Below are positions 46,988 through 56,687 of a stretch of DNA of 64,000 bases, piece by piece (the first letter of the stretch is position 1; the number at the start of each line of letters is the position of its first letter). This stretch comes from Ezakiella sp. Its GTDB lineage: Bacteria; Bacillota; Clostridia; Tissierellales; Peptoniphilaceae. Both the position numbers and the translations under genes were made by a program. Location of the stretch: positions 19,465 through 83,464 of the forward strand of contig JALFRW010000033.1 of the NCBI GenBank assembly GCA_022778715.1. Direction: 5' to 3'. The notes beneath the pieces are model-generated. The model searched no databases and was not told the DNA's origin. It saw nothing but the letters and a program-made list of their open reading frames with translations.

Positions 46988-49051
46988 TTGAAAAAAATAT
47001 CGAAATTTGCAATAAATCATAAGAAGATGACGCTTATGATTTATATTATTTGTCTTTTAATGTCGATGTTCGAATATCCGAAAATTGGCGTAAATTATAA
47101 TATAAACGATTATTTACCAAAGGATAGCGAATCGACAGTAGCTATTGAAAAGATGAATGAAGAGTTCGGAGAAGACGTTCCAAACATGAGGGCGATGATA
47201 AAGAATGTGACGATTAGCGAAACTCTTGATTATATCGAGAAGATAGAAGCGCTTGACGTAGTAAAAAGTGTGAACTGGTTAAATGACACTGAAAATGTGT
47301 TCAAACCGGAATCTTTTATGGATAAGGATAGACTTGAAACATATTATAAAGACAACAATGCGCTTTTAACGATAACAGTTGATAAGGACGAATTTATTAG
47401 AGCAACGGACGAGATTAGAAAGATCGTTGGAGAAGACAATGCGATGACGGGTGCGAGTGTAAACACTGCGATCGCAACGGTAAACTCTGTGGACGAGATA
47501 AGAGTCGTAACAATTGTTGGTGTACTATTTGTAATTTTTATCTTGATTTTTACCACTCAAGCGTGGATTGAGCCGCTTATTGTTATGATAGGTTTATTTT
47601 TTGCAATTGTTATTAATGCCGGCTCAAATATTATCTTTAAAGAGATTTCATTTGTTACAAATGCAGCCGGAAATATTTTGTTGCTGGCAGTTTCCTTGGA
47701 CTACTCGGTGTTTATGCTTCACAGATACAAAGAAGAAAAAAGTAACTACGAGGATCATCTAGTCGCTATGGAAAAAGCGATCGAAAACTCTTTTACTTCA
47801 ATTTTATCCTCCGCATTAACTACTGTGATTGGATTTGTGGCGCTCGTGTTTATGAGATTTACAATTGGTGCAGACCTTGGGCTTGCACTTGCAAAGGGAG
47901 TTGTAATTTCACTTATTTCTGTGTTTACTCTGCTTCCGGTAATAATTTTATACATGGATAATCTTATCGACAAGACAGAGCATAAAAAGTTTTTGCCAAG
48001 CTTTGACAAGTTTGCAAATTTTGTGTTTAAACACAGAAAAACATTTATGGTCCTTTTCTTAATAATTATTATTCCAAGCTATCTAGCTTCTACACACAAC
48101 AGTTTTTATTTTGGAAACTCGCATATCTATGGAATGGATACGAAGCTTGGACAAGATACACACGCAATCGAAGAAGAGTTTGGAAAGAGCGACACGTATG
48201 TGCTCATAGTTCCAAAGGGAGATTTGGAGCGACAAAAAGCACTTTCCAGTGATTTAAAAGAGCTTGACGGAGTGACGGACATAATTTCTTATGTGGACAC
48301 AGTTGGCGAAACAATTCCAAGCGAATTTTTAGACAAAGATTTACTAAAGAAATTAAATTCAGAAAATTACACCCGAATGATATTTTCAGTAGGAGTCGAT
48401 TTTGAAGGCGACAAAACGGTTGCACTAATTGATGAAATTAAAGCTTTGGCGAACAAATATTATCCGGAAGAATATTATCTTGCGGGAGAAGGAATTTCCA
48501 CTTACGATTTGAAAAATACAGTTACTGCAGACATGACAGTGGTAAACTTGATAGCCGTGTTTGCAATTTATTTGGTGCTACTCTTAACGCAAAAATCTGT
48601 AAGTTTACCGGTAATGTTAGTGGCAACAATTGAAACTGCAATTTTTGTAAACATGTCCGTGCCTTATTATATCGACAGAACGATTTTCTATATATCATAT
48701 TTAATCATCTCCTCGATACAGCTCGGCGCTACGGTTGACTACGCGATACTTTTGACAGAAAGATACAACGAATACAGGGAAACTTTAGATAGAGAAAAGG
48801 CAATCAAAAAGACGATTTCAACTGTAACGGTCTCTCTTTTGACTTCAGCACTCGCGTTAATTATAGTTGGATTTTTGCTTGGAATTTATTCCACACACGG
48901 ATTAATTTCACAACTCGGGACATATCTCGGAGTTGGAACAATCGCATCGGTAATAATGGTACTTTTTGTGCTTCCATCGATGCTATATAGTTTTGACAAG
49001 TTTATTCAAAAAACTACAAAAGGTTTAAATTTTGTAAATGATGAAAGGTAG
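46988..49051 (+). CDS. MMPL-family (RND superfamily) membrane transporter
   Basis: 687 aa with two halves, each an extracytoplasmic loop plus a TM bundle. TTG start. Confidence 0.8.
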   Translation: MKKISKFAINHKKMTLMIYIICLLMSMFEYPKIGVNYNINDYLPKDSESTVAIEKMNEEFGEDVPNMRAMIKNVTISETLDYIEKIEALDVVKSVNWLNDTENVFKPESFMDKDRLETYYKDNNALLTITVDKDEFIRATDEIRKIVGEDNAMTGASVNTAIATVNSVDEIRVVTIVGVLFVIFILIFTTQAWIEPLIVMIGLFFAIVINAGSNIIFKEISFVTNAAGNILLLAVSLDYSVFMLHRYKEEKSNYEDHLVAMEKAIENSFTSILSSALTTVIGFVALVFMRFTIGADLGLALAKGVVISLISVFTLLPVIILYMDNLIDKTEHKKFLPSFDKFANFVFKHRKTFMVLFLIIIIPSYLASTHNSFYFGNSHIYGMDTKLGQDTHAIEEEFGKSDTYVLIVPKGDLERQKALSSDLKELDGVTDIISYVDTVGETIPSEFLDKDLLKKLNSENYTRMIFSVGVDFEGDKTVALIDEIKALANKYYPEEYYLAGEGISTYDLKNTVTADMTVVNLIAVFAIYLVLLLTQKSVSLPVMLVATIETAIFVNMSVPYYIDRTIFYISYLIISSIQLGATVDYAILLTERYNEYRETLDREKAIKKTISTVTVSLLTSALALIIVGFLLGIYSTHGLISQLGTYLGVGTIASVIMVLFVLPSMLYSFDKFIQKTTKGLNFVNDER

Positions 49052-49057
49052 GTAAAT

Positions 49058-51001
49058 ATGAAGAAATTGAAGAGGAGTTTGGCATTATTTCTTGGAATTA
49101 TGATGCTTGCAGTATTTGCAATTCCGGTTTTTGCAGAAAGCTCAAAAAATAAGGAAGAAATTGTATATGTAAATTTAAATGCAGAGGGAGAAAATGAAAA
49201 AGTCACAGTCGTAAATGTATATGGAAAGGGCGACATTGTGGACTATGGTGACTACGAAAATGTAAAGCTATTAAATTCTAATGAAAATGTAAAAATTGAA
49301 GGGGATAAAATCGAATTTACAAGCGACAAGGACAGAATTTATCTTCAAGCAGACCCCAAGACGAATGAAATGCCTTGGATTATAAACATCGAGTATTATT
49401 TGGACGGCAAAAGAATTAAGCCTGAAGATTTGGCAGGAAAATCCGGCGAATTTAAAATGAATATTAAAATCGATAAAAATCCAAAAATTAACGCAAGTTT
49501 TTTTGATAAATATGTTTTGGACGTGAGCTTTAAGCTGGACACAAAAAAATTTAAAAATATTAAAGCTGATAATGCCACAATGGCGAATGAAGGCGAAAAC
49601 AAGGTCATAAAATACTTGGTGCTTCCAAAAGAAGGGCTTGACACCACACTTTATGCAGATGCATACAATTTTAGATTTGACGGCATCGATATCAACGCAC
49701 TAAACCTAAATTTGGACATTGACTTTGATAAGCTCGGACTAGATGAAAAGATTAACACTTTAACGGACGCGATGACGAAATTAAACGACGGCTCAAGTAA
49801 ACTTAGCGCAAATTCAGGAAAATTGCTCGATGCTTCTAACGGTTTAAATGATGCAACAAAAAAATACACAGATGTAAATATGGGAATTATAAATAAGTTT
49901 GGAGAGCTGGCAATAGGAGAACAAAAAGTTAACAATGGACTTGTGGAGTTATCAAAAAAATCTGACGAGTTAACTTATAGCTCAAATGAATTTCTAAAAG
50001 CGTTAGAAATGCTGGAAAATGGTGCAGAACAGATGCAAAATATGCCAAGCTCATTAAAGGAATTGGCCGGTGCATCAGCACAAATTAAAACCGGTATTTC
50101 CGGAATTAACGACGGACTTAAAAAAGCAAAAGATGGTGCAAAGTACGAAAATTATTTAAATGCACTTAAAGCACAAGATTTGAATTTAAACGAATTAAAT
50201 AAAAACAATGAGCTCATGGTTAAAAAGCTTGAAGCTGAAATTGCGGCTTTAAAAGAAAGTGCTGCAAAGGCGGCAAGCAAAGAGGAAGAAGAAAAAATTA
50301 TGCTTGAAATAAACGCTAAAACGGACATGGCAAAGCTAATTGGCGCAAATATGATGGCAGCCGGAGCAAATGAAAAATATTTTGAAAATTTGAGTGTCGG
50401 ACTTGACAAGATATCTGAAAATATGGAAGCACTAAATTCAAATTATGCAAAATTAGATCAAAATGTTCAAAAGTTTGCAGGCTTTAAAATGAGCGAAAAA
50501 GAGGAAGAAGGCTTAAATGTGTTTAAGTCGAGCATTTCAGAGATGAAAGCGAAATATAGCGAGATAAATGACGGTATCGGGAAGTATACAGAAGGTGTAA
50601 AAGAAGTGGCTCAAGCTAACGCTAAAATAAACGATGCACTCGTGAATTTTACAAAAGAAAGTGGAAATATTATGAGTGCAGGCAAGCAACTTTCCGAGAA
50701 TTCCCAAAAATACAATGACGCTGTAAATGAATATATTAACGGCACAAAACAAATTGACGATGCAATCTCAGAAATCTATGGCGAAACTAATCACATAAAG
50801 GACAATATTAAAAATGAAGTGTCTGCACTTACCGAAAACGAGAGCGTAACATCATTTGCTTCTGAAAAAAATAAAAATGTGAAATCAGTTCAATTTGTTA
50901 TAAAAACAGAAAAGATTGAACTAAAAGAAGGAAAGAAAATCATAAGAGAAGAAACTCAACACAAAAATTTAGTTGAAAAGTTTTTAGACTTATTCAAATA
51001 A
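49058..51001 (+). CDS. Secreted protein with LxxG-type heptad repeats (YhgE/Pip-like repeat region)
   Basis: Signal peptide ...PVFAES. Repeats such as LNDGSSKLSANSGKLLDASNGLNDA. No C-terminal TM segment seen. Confidence 0.6.
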   Translation: MKKLKRSLALFLGIMMLAVFAIPVFAESSKNKEEIVYVNLNAEGENEKVTVVNVYGKGDIVDYGDYENVKLLNSNENVKIEGDKIEFTSDKDRIYLQADPKTNEMPWIINIEYYLDGKRIKPEDLAGKSGEFKMNIKIDKNPKINASFFDKYVLDVSFKLDTKKFKNIKADNATMANEGENKVIKYLVLPKEGLDTTLYADAYNFRFDGIDINALNLNLDIDFDKLGLDEKINTLTDAMTKLNDGSSKLSANSGKLLDASNGLNDATKKYTDVNMGIINKFGELAIGEQKVNNGLVELSKKSDELTYSSNEFLKALEMLENGAEQMQNMPSSLKELAGASAQIKTGISGINDGLKKAKDGAKYENYLNALKAQDLNLNELNKNNELMVKKLEAEIAALKESAAKAASKEEEEKIMLEINAKTDMAKLIGANMMAAGANEKYFENLSVGLDKISENMEALNSNYAKLDQNVQKFAGFKMSEKEEEGLNVFKSSISEMKAKYSEINDGIGKYTEGVKEVAQANAKINDALVNFTKESGNIMSAGKQLSENSQKYNDAVNEYINGTKQIDDAISEIYGETNHIKDNIKNEVSALTENESVTSFASEKNKNVKSVQFVIKTEKIELKEGKKIIREETQHKNLVEKFLDLFK

Positions 51002-51097
51002 ATAATCTCGATATTCTAGTAAACTTGCATTTAATTTGGTGCAAGTTTTCTTTTTAATAAAATAAATAATATTTATCACAAAAATATCAAAAAAGTC

Positions 51098-51126
51098 TTG
51101 ACAAATGATTTTATTTGTAATAAAAT
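51098..51126 (+). promoter_or_regulatory. SigmaA promoter of the lysine riboswitch leader
   Basis: TTGACA (51098-51103), 17-nt spacer, then TAAAAT (51121-51126). Confidence 0.55.
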
Positions 51127-51147
51127 ATCACTTATAAATTAAAAAAG

Positions 51148-51320
51148 TGTGATAGAGGCGCGGAGCTTAAGAGTAAATTATTTCTATTGGGAATTGGAAA
51201 TAACAGAAAGGAAGTTCTGCCGAGGGACAAAGGACCTAACCCAGGGACCCTGGTTGCCGGGCCGTCGGACAATATCCGCCGGACTGTCGTTTTAGAAATA
51301 AAACGGAGAGCTGTCGTGGT
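51148..51320 (+). promoter_or_regulatory. Lysine riboswitch (L-box) aptamer
   Basis: The 5' end is GATAGAGGCGC. Internal CCGAGGG and GGACTGTC elements are present. The 3' end is ACGGAGAGCTGTC. This matches L-box conserved blocks as in the B. subtilis lysC leader. Confidence 0.85.
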
Positions 51321-51357
51321 TTTTAAGTTTCATTATTTATTTTAGTTAAATTTTTAA

Positions 51358-51383
51358 GTCATGGCGAGCGTCATGGCTTTTTT
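51358..51383 (+). terminator. Riboswitch expression-platform terminator
   Basis: GTCATGGC-gagc-GTCATGGC forms an 8-bp stem (two G-U pairs) followed by T6. Confidence 0.65.
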
Positions 51384-51413
51384 GTTTAGAATAAATAATG
51401 TAAGGAGATTTGT

Positions 51414-53048
51414 ATGAAAATCAAAAGAAACATGTACTTCGCTCTTATTGTAGGGCTATTTGGATTTTTACTATCAGGTTATGTCAGTATTAGGGGAATA
51501 AAGACTGTAGGCACGGCTTGGGCGCTACTCCCGCCGATCATTGCAATAGTGCTCGCACTAGTTACAAAAGAGGTTTATTCTTCACTATTTATGGGAATTT
51601 TAAGTGGTGCGATGTTAGCTTCAGGCGGCAGCTTAACAAGAGCAATGGACCACATTGTAAATGATGGATTTATAAAATCAATTTCGGGTACCGCCGGCAT
51701 TTTTATGTTTTTGGTTATACTTGGAATTTTGGTGGCACTTATAAATAAATCAGGAGGTACAGCCGCATTTGGCCGTACTATGGCAGAAAAAATCAAAACT
51801 CGCAAGCACGCACAAGTGGCAACATTTTTTCTGGGAATCATGATTTTTATTGACGACTATTTTAACTGTCTGACAGTTGGTTCTGTGATGAGACCGATTT
51901 GTGATGAGAACAGAGTTTCCAGAACAAAGCTCGCATACATTATCGACGCAACGGCAGCACCAATCTGCATGATTGCTCCAATTTCATCGTGGGCTGCTGC
52001 AGTTTCCGGTTATGTCTCAGGTACAGGACTTTCCGGAATTGAACTTTTTATTCGCTCGATTCCGTACAACTTTTATTCAATTCTAACAATTGTGTTCGCA
52101 CTTTCCATGATTTTGATGGATGTAGACTTTGGACCCATGGCAGAATTTGAAAGAAGAGCAATTAAAAATGGAGACCTAAGTGAAGACGGCGACACAACGA
52201 ACGCAAAGCAAGTAAACCCAAGGGGCAGAGTACTTGATTTAGTTTTTCCAATAGTAACTCTCATTATAGTTTCCGTGTTCGCATTGATATATGTTGGTGG
52301 ATTTTACGAAGTTGGCGGAGAATTTTATCACAACTTTGTGGGAGCATTTGGAAATACCGATGCAACTGTGGGTTTGCCATGGGGCGCACTCATCACGCTT
52401 ATCATAAGCGTAATTTATTTCAGTCTTCGTGGAGTGATCTCATTTGAAAAAATGATGGAATCTCTACCGGAAGGATTTAATGCGATGGTGCCAGCAATTA
52501 TCATTTTAACAATGGCAACCTCACTTAAAAACATTTCTAATGATCTCTTGGGTTCAGCAGAATATGTTAGAGGACTAATGGAAGGAAATGCAGAAAATCT
52601 TTATTCATTATTGCCGGCAGTAATCTATGTGGTGGCGGTGCTCTTAGCTTTTGCAACCGGAACATCTTGGGGAACATTCGGAATTTTAATCCCGATCGTC
52701 TCTTCAATGTTTAGCTACACTGACCCAATTTTTATTATCGGAATTTCAGCATGTTTGTCAGGGGCAGTTTGTGGAGATCACTTGTCACCGATTTCAGACA
52801 CCACAATCATGTCCTCGGCAGGCGCCGGATGCGCTCATGTGGATCACGTGACCACACAACTTCCTTATGGAATTGCGGTTGCAGCAATTAGCGCCGGTGC
52901 ATTTATAATCAGCGGATTTGTGCATTCTGCAATTGTGGGTCTCGGATTTGGAATCCTAGCTACCTTAGGAGTGATAAGCTTTATAAAAAATAAAAACACA
53001 AACAAAAACATTAATAGAATTGAAGAAAAGGCGAATGTGAATAACTAA
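51414..53048 (+). CDS. NhaC-family Na+/H+ antiporter-type transporter (candidate lysine transporter)
   Basis: 544 aa polytopic protein with an NhaC-family pattern. Preceded directly by the L-box. Confidence 0.85.
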   Translation: MKIKRNMYFALIVGLFGFLLSGYVSIRGIKTVGTAWALLPPIIAIVLALVTKEVYSSLFMGILSGAMLASGGSLTRAMDHIVNDGFIKSISGTAGIFMFLVILGILVALINKSGGTAAFGRTMAEKIKTRKHAQVATFFLGIMIFIDDYFNCLTVGSVMRPICDENRVSRTKLAYIIDATAAPICMIAPISSWAAAVSGYVSGTGLSGIELFIRSIPYNFYSILTIVFALSMILMDVDFGPMAEFERRAIKNGDLSEDGDTTNAKQVNPRGRVLDLVFPIVTLIIVSVFALIYVGGFYEVGGEFYHNFVGAFGNTDATVGLPWGALITLIISVIYFSLRGVISFEKMMESLPEGFNAMVPAIIILTMATSLKNISNDLLGSAEYVRGLMEGNAENLYSLLPAVIYVVAVLLAFATGTSWGTFGILIPIVSSMFSYTDPIFIIGISACLSGAVCGDHLSPISDTTIMSSAGAGCAHVDHVTTQLPYGIAVAAISAGAFIISGFVHSAIVGLGFGILATLGVISFIKNKNTNKNINRIEEKANVNN

Positions 53049-53051
53049 AAT

Positions 53052-53090
53052 AACCCCTTGTAGCATTTAAGGTTACAAGGGGTTTGTTTT
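53052..53090 (+). terminator. Intrinsic terminator
   Basis: AACCCCTTGTA...TACAAGGGGTT followed by a T-rich run. Confidence 0.7.
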
Positions 53091-53252
53091 TGAAGCCGGT
53101 GCTTTTAGAATTTTAATAATTTCAAAAAATTCAAATTGTTAAATTGAGAATTATTCCGGCTAATCTGTTATTGATAAGGATTTTGACAGATTGATTTTAA
53201 ACTTCTAGTTGTTTATAAATTAAGTTTAGACACTCAATTAAAGAGCTTTTAT

Positions 53253-53279
53253 AAAAAAATAGCTCTTTTTAGAGCTATT
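53253..53279 (-). terminator. Intrinsic terminator downstream of the tRNA
   Basis: AATAGCTCT-tttt-AGAGCTATT with a T-run on the minus strand. Confidence 0.55.
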
Positions 53280-53335
53280 CTCTATAAGATATCAACAAGC
53301 TAACAAAAAGGATATTACTATTGATATCGCTATAT

Positions 53336-53411
53336 TGGTGCTGAAGACAGGATTTGAACCTGCGACCTGCTGGTTACGAATCAGCTGCTCTACCTACTGA
53401 GCCACTTCAGC
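53336..53411 (-). tRNA. tRNA-Thr (anticodon CGU)
   Basis: Manual cloverleaf of 76 nt: GCTGAAG-TG-GCTC-AGTAGGTA-GAGC-A-GCTGA-TTCGTAA-CCAGC-AGGTC-GCAGG-TTCAAAT-CCTGT-CTTCAGC-A-CCA. The CCA is genome-encoded. Confidence 0.88.
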
Positions 53412-53493
53412 ATTTAATTTATTATAGCAAATTAGATTTAATTTTTCAAGTATTTTGAGGGTATTTTTGTGCTATAATAGATATGGTGGGGAT

Positions 53494-54510
53494 ATGTATT
53501 ATTTTGCTATTTGCACAGTTGCTGCAATTTTCTTGGGAATTATGGATGCAAAAATGTTGCCGAGCATTTTGGCTACATATATTTTTTGTATGTTAAAATT
53601 CTCAAGGAGAAATAAGATAATATACTTTTTTGAGTTTTTGTCTATAGCCTTGATTTTTTATTTTAAAGACTATTATACTGGTGCACTTTTTGTTTTGGGC
53701 TCTGCCACAATGTACCCCGTTGCAATAGCGGTTGGGGTGATTTGCGTTATTTTGTCAAAAGAAAAAAATGTGTTTTTTATAATTATAATATCTGCTTTTG
53801 TTTCGGCTATTTCTAATAAACTCTTCGTGCTTCAAAGCAGAGTTAAAAATTATCAAACCGAAAAAGACGAGGACAATTTGTATCTGCGAACTCTTCGCGA
53901 AAATGAAAGGCTTGAGAAAAAAGCTCTAGCAGAGCGCATAAAGCATGAAGAGAGAAGCGAGATGCTCATGAGTTTACACCATTTGATAGGACATACGATT
54001 ACGAGCGCGATTTTATCATTAAAGGCGATGGAAATAACGGGCGATTATTCCGAAATCGGGGATTTGCGCGGCAGGCTTGAAAGAGGTCTAACTGAAATTA
54101 GAAAGACACTGCACAATTTAAATGATGAGAATATAGATTTTAATATAGAGGCGGAAAAGTATAAAGAACAGCTTAAAAAGAGCGGAATAAATTTTACTTA
54201 TGATGTGAATGAAAAAACGATGGACAGCACTTCAAAAAAAGAGCTCTTGGAAATATTAAAGGAGGGCGTTACGAATGTCATTCGACATTCTAATAGTAAA
54301 AACGCACATCTTGAGCTTATTGAAAACAAGGGTTTTTATAGATTTTCACTTGCAAGCGATGGAATAGCAGAAGCAAATTTCAAAAAAGGACTCGGACTTC
54401 TCGCAATGGAGAATTTTGCGCATAAGCGAAACGGTTATTTTGATGTGGATACAAGCAATGGCTTTCGCGTGATTATAACTTACACAAAGGAAGCTTTTGG
54501 AGGGGATTAG
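53494..54510 (+). CDS. Sensor histidine kinase (HisKA_3/NarL-partner type)
   Basis: Multi-TM N-terminus, H-box SLHHLIGHTITSA and N-box EGVTNVIRHS. Confidence 0.85.
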   Translation: MYYFAICTVAAIFLGIMDAKMLPSILATYIFCMLKFSRRNKIIYFFEFLSIALIFYFKDYYTGALFVLGSATMYPVAIAVGVICVILSKEKNVFFIIIISAFVSAISNKLFVLQSRVKNYQTEKDEDNLYLRTLRENERLEKKALAERIKHEERSEMLMSLHHLIGHTITSAILSLKAMEITGDYSEIGDLRGRLERGLTEIRKTLHNLNDENIDFNIEAEKYKEQLKKSGINFTYDVNEKTMDSTSKKELLEILKEGVTNVIRHSNSKNAHLELIENKGFYRFSLASDGIAEANFKKGLGLLAMENFAHKRNGYFDVDTSNGFRVIITYTKEAFGGD

Positions 54511-55119
54511 TTGAGATTAATTGTAGTTGACGATGATAAAATTGTGGTTAAAAGTCTGACAACTATTTTAAAGTCAAAGGGTTTTGACGTGGTTGGAGAG
54601 GCAAATGATGGTAAAGAGGCACTTGAGATTTACAAAAAGCTGCATCCCGATATGGTGCTTATGGACATAAGAATGGAAAGCTATGACGGAATTTGGGCGA
54701 CAGAAAACATAATAAATCACGATAAAGACGCGAAGATTTTGCTGTTAACCACTTTTAGCGAGAAGAATTATATTAAAATGGCGATTAAAAAAGGTGCTCG
54801 CGGGTATATTTTAAAAGATAATTTTGACGATTTAGCGCCTGCAATCGAAATGGTAAACACGGGCAAGTATGTGTTTGACCCTGACGTCTACAAGATTGCA
54901 ATCAATGTAAAGGATATAAATGAGCCGGCGAGTTTGACTAATCGCGAGCTCGAAGTGCTAAAGTTGATTGGGGACGGTTTCACAAACAGGGAGATTGGCG
55001 AAAAACTTTTTTTGAGCGAAGGCACGATTAGAAATTATGTATCTTCAATTTTTTTAAAAACGGGTACTAAAGATAGAACCGAACTTGCAGTAAAATATTT
55101 GAAGGGAGAATTGTTATAA
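54511..55119 (+). CDS. Response regulator, LuxR/NarL family
   Basis: Receiver domain (VLMDIRM) and HTH LTNRELEVLKLIGDGFTNREIGEKLFLSEGTIRNY. TTG start. Confidence 0.9.
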   Translation: MRLIVVDDDKIVVKSLTTILKSKGFDVVGEANDGKEALEIYKKLHPDMVLMDIRMESYDGIWATENIINHDKDAKILLLTTFSEKNYIKMAIKKGARGYILKDNFDDLAPAIEMVNTGKYVFDPDVYKIAINVKDINEPASLTNRELEVLKLIGDGFTNREIGEKLFLSEGTIRNYVSSIFLKTGTKDRTELAVKYLKGELL

Positions 55120-55544
55120 TGGTTTATGCACACAATTTTTTGGCAGGAGAAAATATAGACGAAGCAAAGAGATGTGAACTTTTTAGATTTTTAGTTGAGA
55201 ACGCAGATTCATATATGGTGGATTTTCCGGAGGAAAAATATAAAGATGAAGATGCTTTTTACAATGGTTACGATCTTTTGAAAGACGAAACCGTGGAGTT
55301 TGTGAGTAAAGACGACACGGGCTTTGCAACTTGGCAAAAATGGAAAGGTGAATTAGATGAAGATAAAAAGGTAAAACTTATTGTATACTTGGGAGCTTAT
55401 CCAATATATAATCTAACATTTTTGAAAGATGGTGAAGAACTCTATCAAATTAATGATTTTAGAAATCTTTACTCGCTCTCAAAAGGAGCTTTTGAAGCTT
55501 TAAAAGAAAAATTTCCAGAATTCGATTATTTTATTTACGAATGA
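55119..55544 (+). CDS. Acidic cytoplasmic hypothetical protein
   Basis: 141-aa ORF whose ATG overlaps the response-regulator stop (ATAATG). No family recognised. Confidence 0.5.
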   Translation: MVYAHNFLAGENIDEAKRCELFRFLVENADSYMVDFPEEKYKDEDAFYNGYDLLKDETVEFVSKDDTGFATWQKWKGELDEDKKVKLIVYLGAYPIYNLTFLKDGEELYQINDFRNLYSLSKGAFEALKEKFPEFDYFIYE

Positions 55545-55633
55545 TAACTTTTTGTAACATAAAATGCCACGGAACATTATATAATGAGCAGAGATTAATA
55601 AATTCATATTTTATTCTTAATTTTTTGTTTTTT

Positions 55634-55659
55634 CCCACCGTTATTTTAAGGTGGGTTTT
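55634..55659 (+). terminator. Intrinsic terminator
   Basis: CCCACC-gttattttaa-GGTGGG followed by TTTT. Confidence 0.55.
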
Positions 55660-55935
55660 CTTCTACATATGAGAAATTCATTACTAATGTAGTGAATTTT
55701 GGAGTGTTAGGCGTTATAGACACCTAATTTAATAAACAAGTTCAACCTCTAAAAATGAATGGGCATAATATAGAAAATTTGCTTGTATTTTATATTAAAT
55801 ATTCTGATTAAAATTTCATATACTTAATTCAAAGCCATATGAGGTGTTCTTAGGTGTGAATTTTATATTGCGGGCTAGAGGACTAAGTCGAGAATAGAAA
55901 TTCTAAACAACACGACAAATGATTCTTTGAAAAAA

Positions 55936-56607
55936 TTATAATTTTTCTATAATTTTGTCCAACGTTTTAGTGACGGTTCTGCTTGCCTTACTCAAGTTTT
56001 CCAAAAATTCGTTTGCTCCGCCGGCAAGAGTGTCCGAAACGGCTTTAATCATCAAAAATTCTTTGCCGTAAATATGACAAGTGATGGCAATTCCAGCACC
56101 TTCCATATCCACAATATCGCAATTCCAAGTTTTTTTCAGATTTTGTTTTTCAGCTGGATCATCCACAAATTTTTCTCCGGAAGCCAGATTTACTTTTTCG
56201 AGCTTTGGATCAATTTCAAGTGCCATTTCCATGAGTCTTTTTGTGGTAGGAATATAAATGCTGTCAAAAAGTTCAAATTGTCCTTTTTCCACCGGATCAA
56301 TTCCACTGGTATCCCATTCGTAGTAAACTACATTTTCGACAACTGCAAGTGCTTCCAAGTCTTGTGTACTAAGTGCGCCCACTACGCCATAATTTAATAT
56401 TATATCGCACTTATAAAGTTCCAAAAGCAAAGTGGTTGCGATTGTTGCTCTAATTTGTCCTGCACTTGAGTTTGCCACAAATACATTTTTACCGTGAATA
56501 TTATATTTGTAAATTTCAATTTTTCCGTGTTCATATTTTTCAATTGGTTCGCCGTACAATGTATAAAAGGCATCAAATTCTACGGCGACCATAATTCCAA
56601 TATTCAT
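55936..56607 (-). CDS. Nucleoside phosphorylase/MTA-SAH nucleosidase family protein
   Basis: PNP_UDP_1-like pattern, MNIGIMVAVE...VGALS...DMEGAGIA. Confidence 0.7.
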   Translation of the reverse strand: MNIGIMVAVEFDAFYTLYGEPIEKYEHGKIEIYKYNIHGKNVFVANSSAGQIRATIATTLLLELYKCDIILNYGVVGALSTQDLEALAVVENVVYYEWDTSGIDPVEKGQFELFDSIYIPTTKRLMEMALEIDPKLEKVNLASGEKFVDDPAEKQNLKKTWNCDIVDMEGAGIAITCHIYGKEFLMIKAVSDTLAGGANEFLENLSKASRTVTKTLDKIIEKL

Positions 56608-56687
56608 AAAATCACCCAATTAATTATATCATAAATCGCGGATATTAAAAATAAAGGGACTTTTTTCAAGTCCCTTTAAATCAAAAA

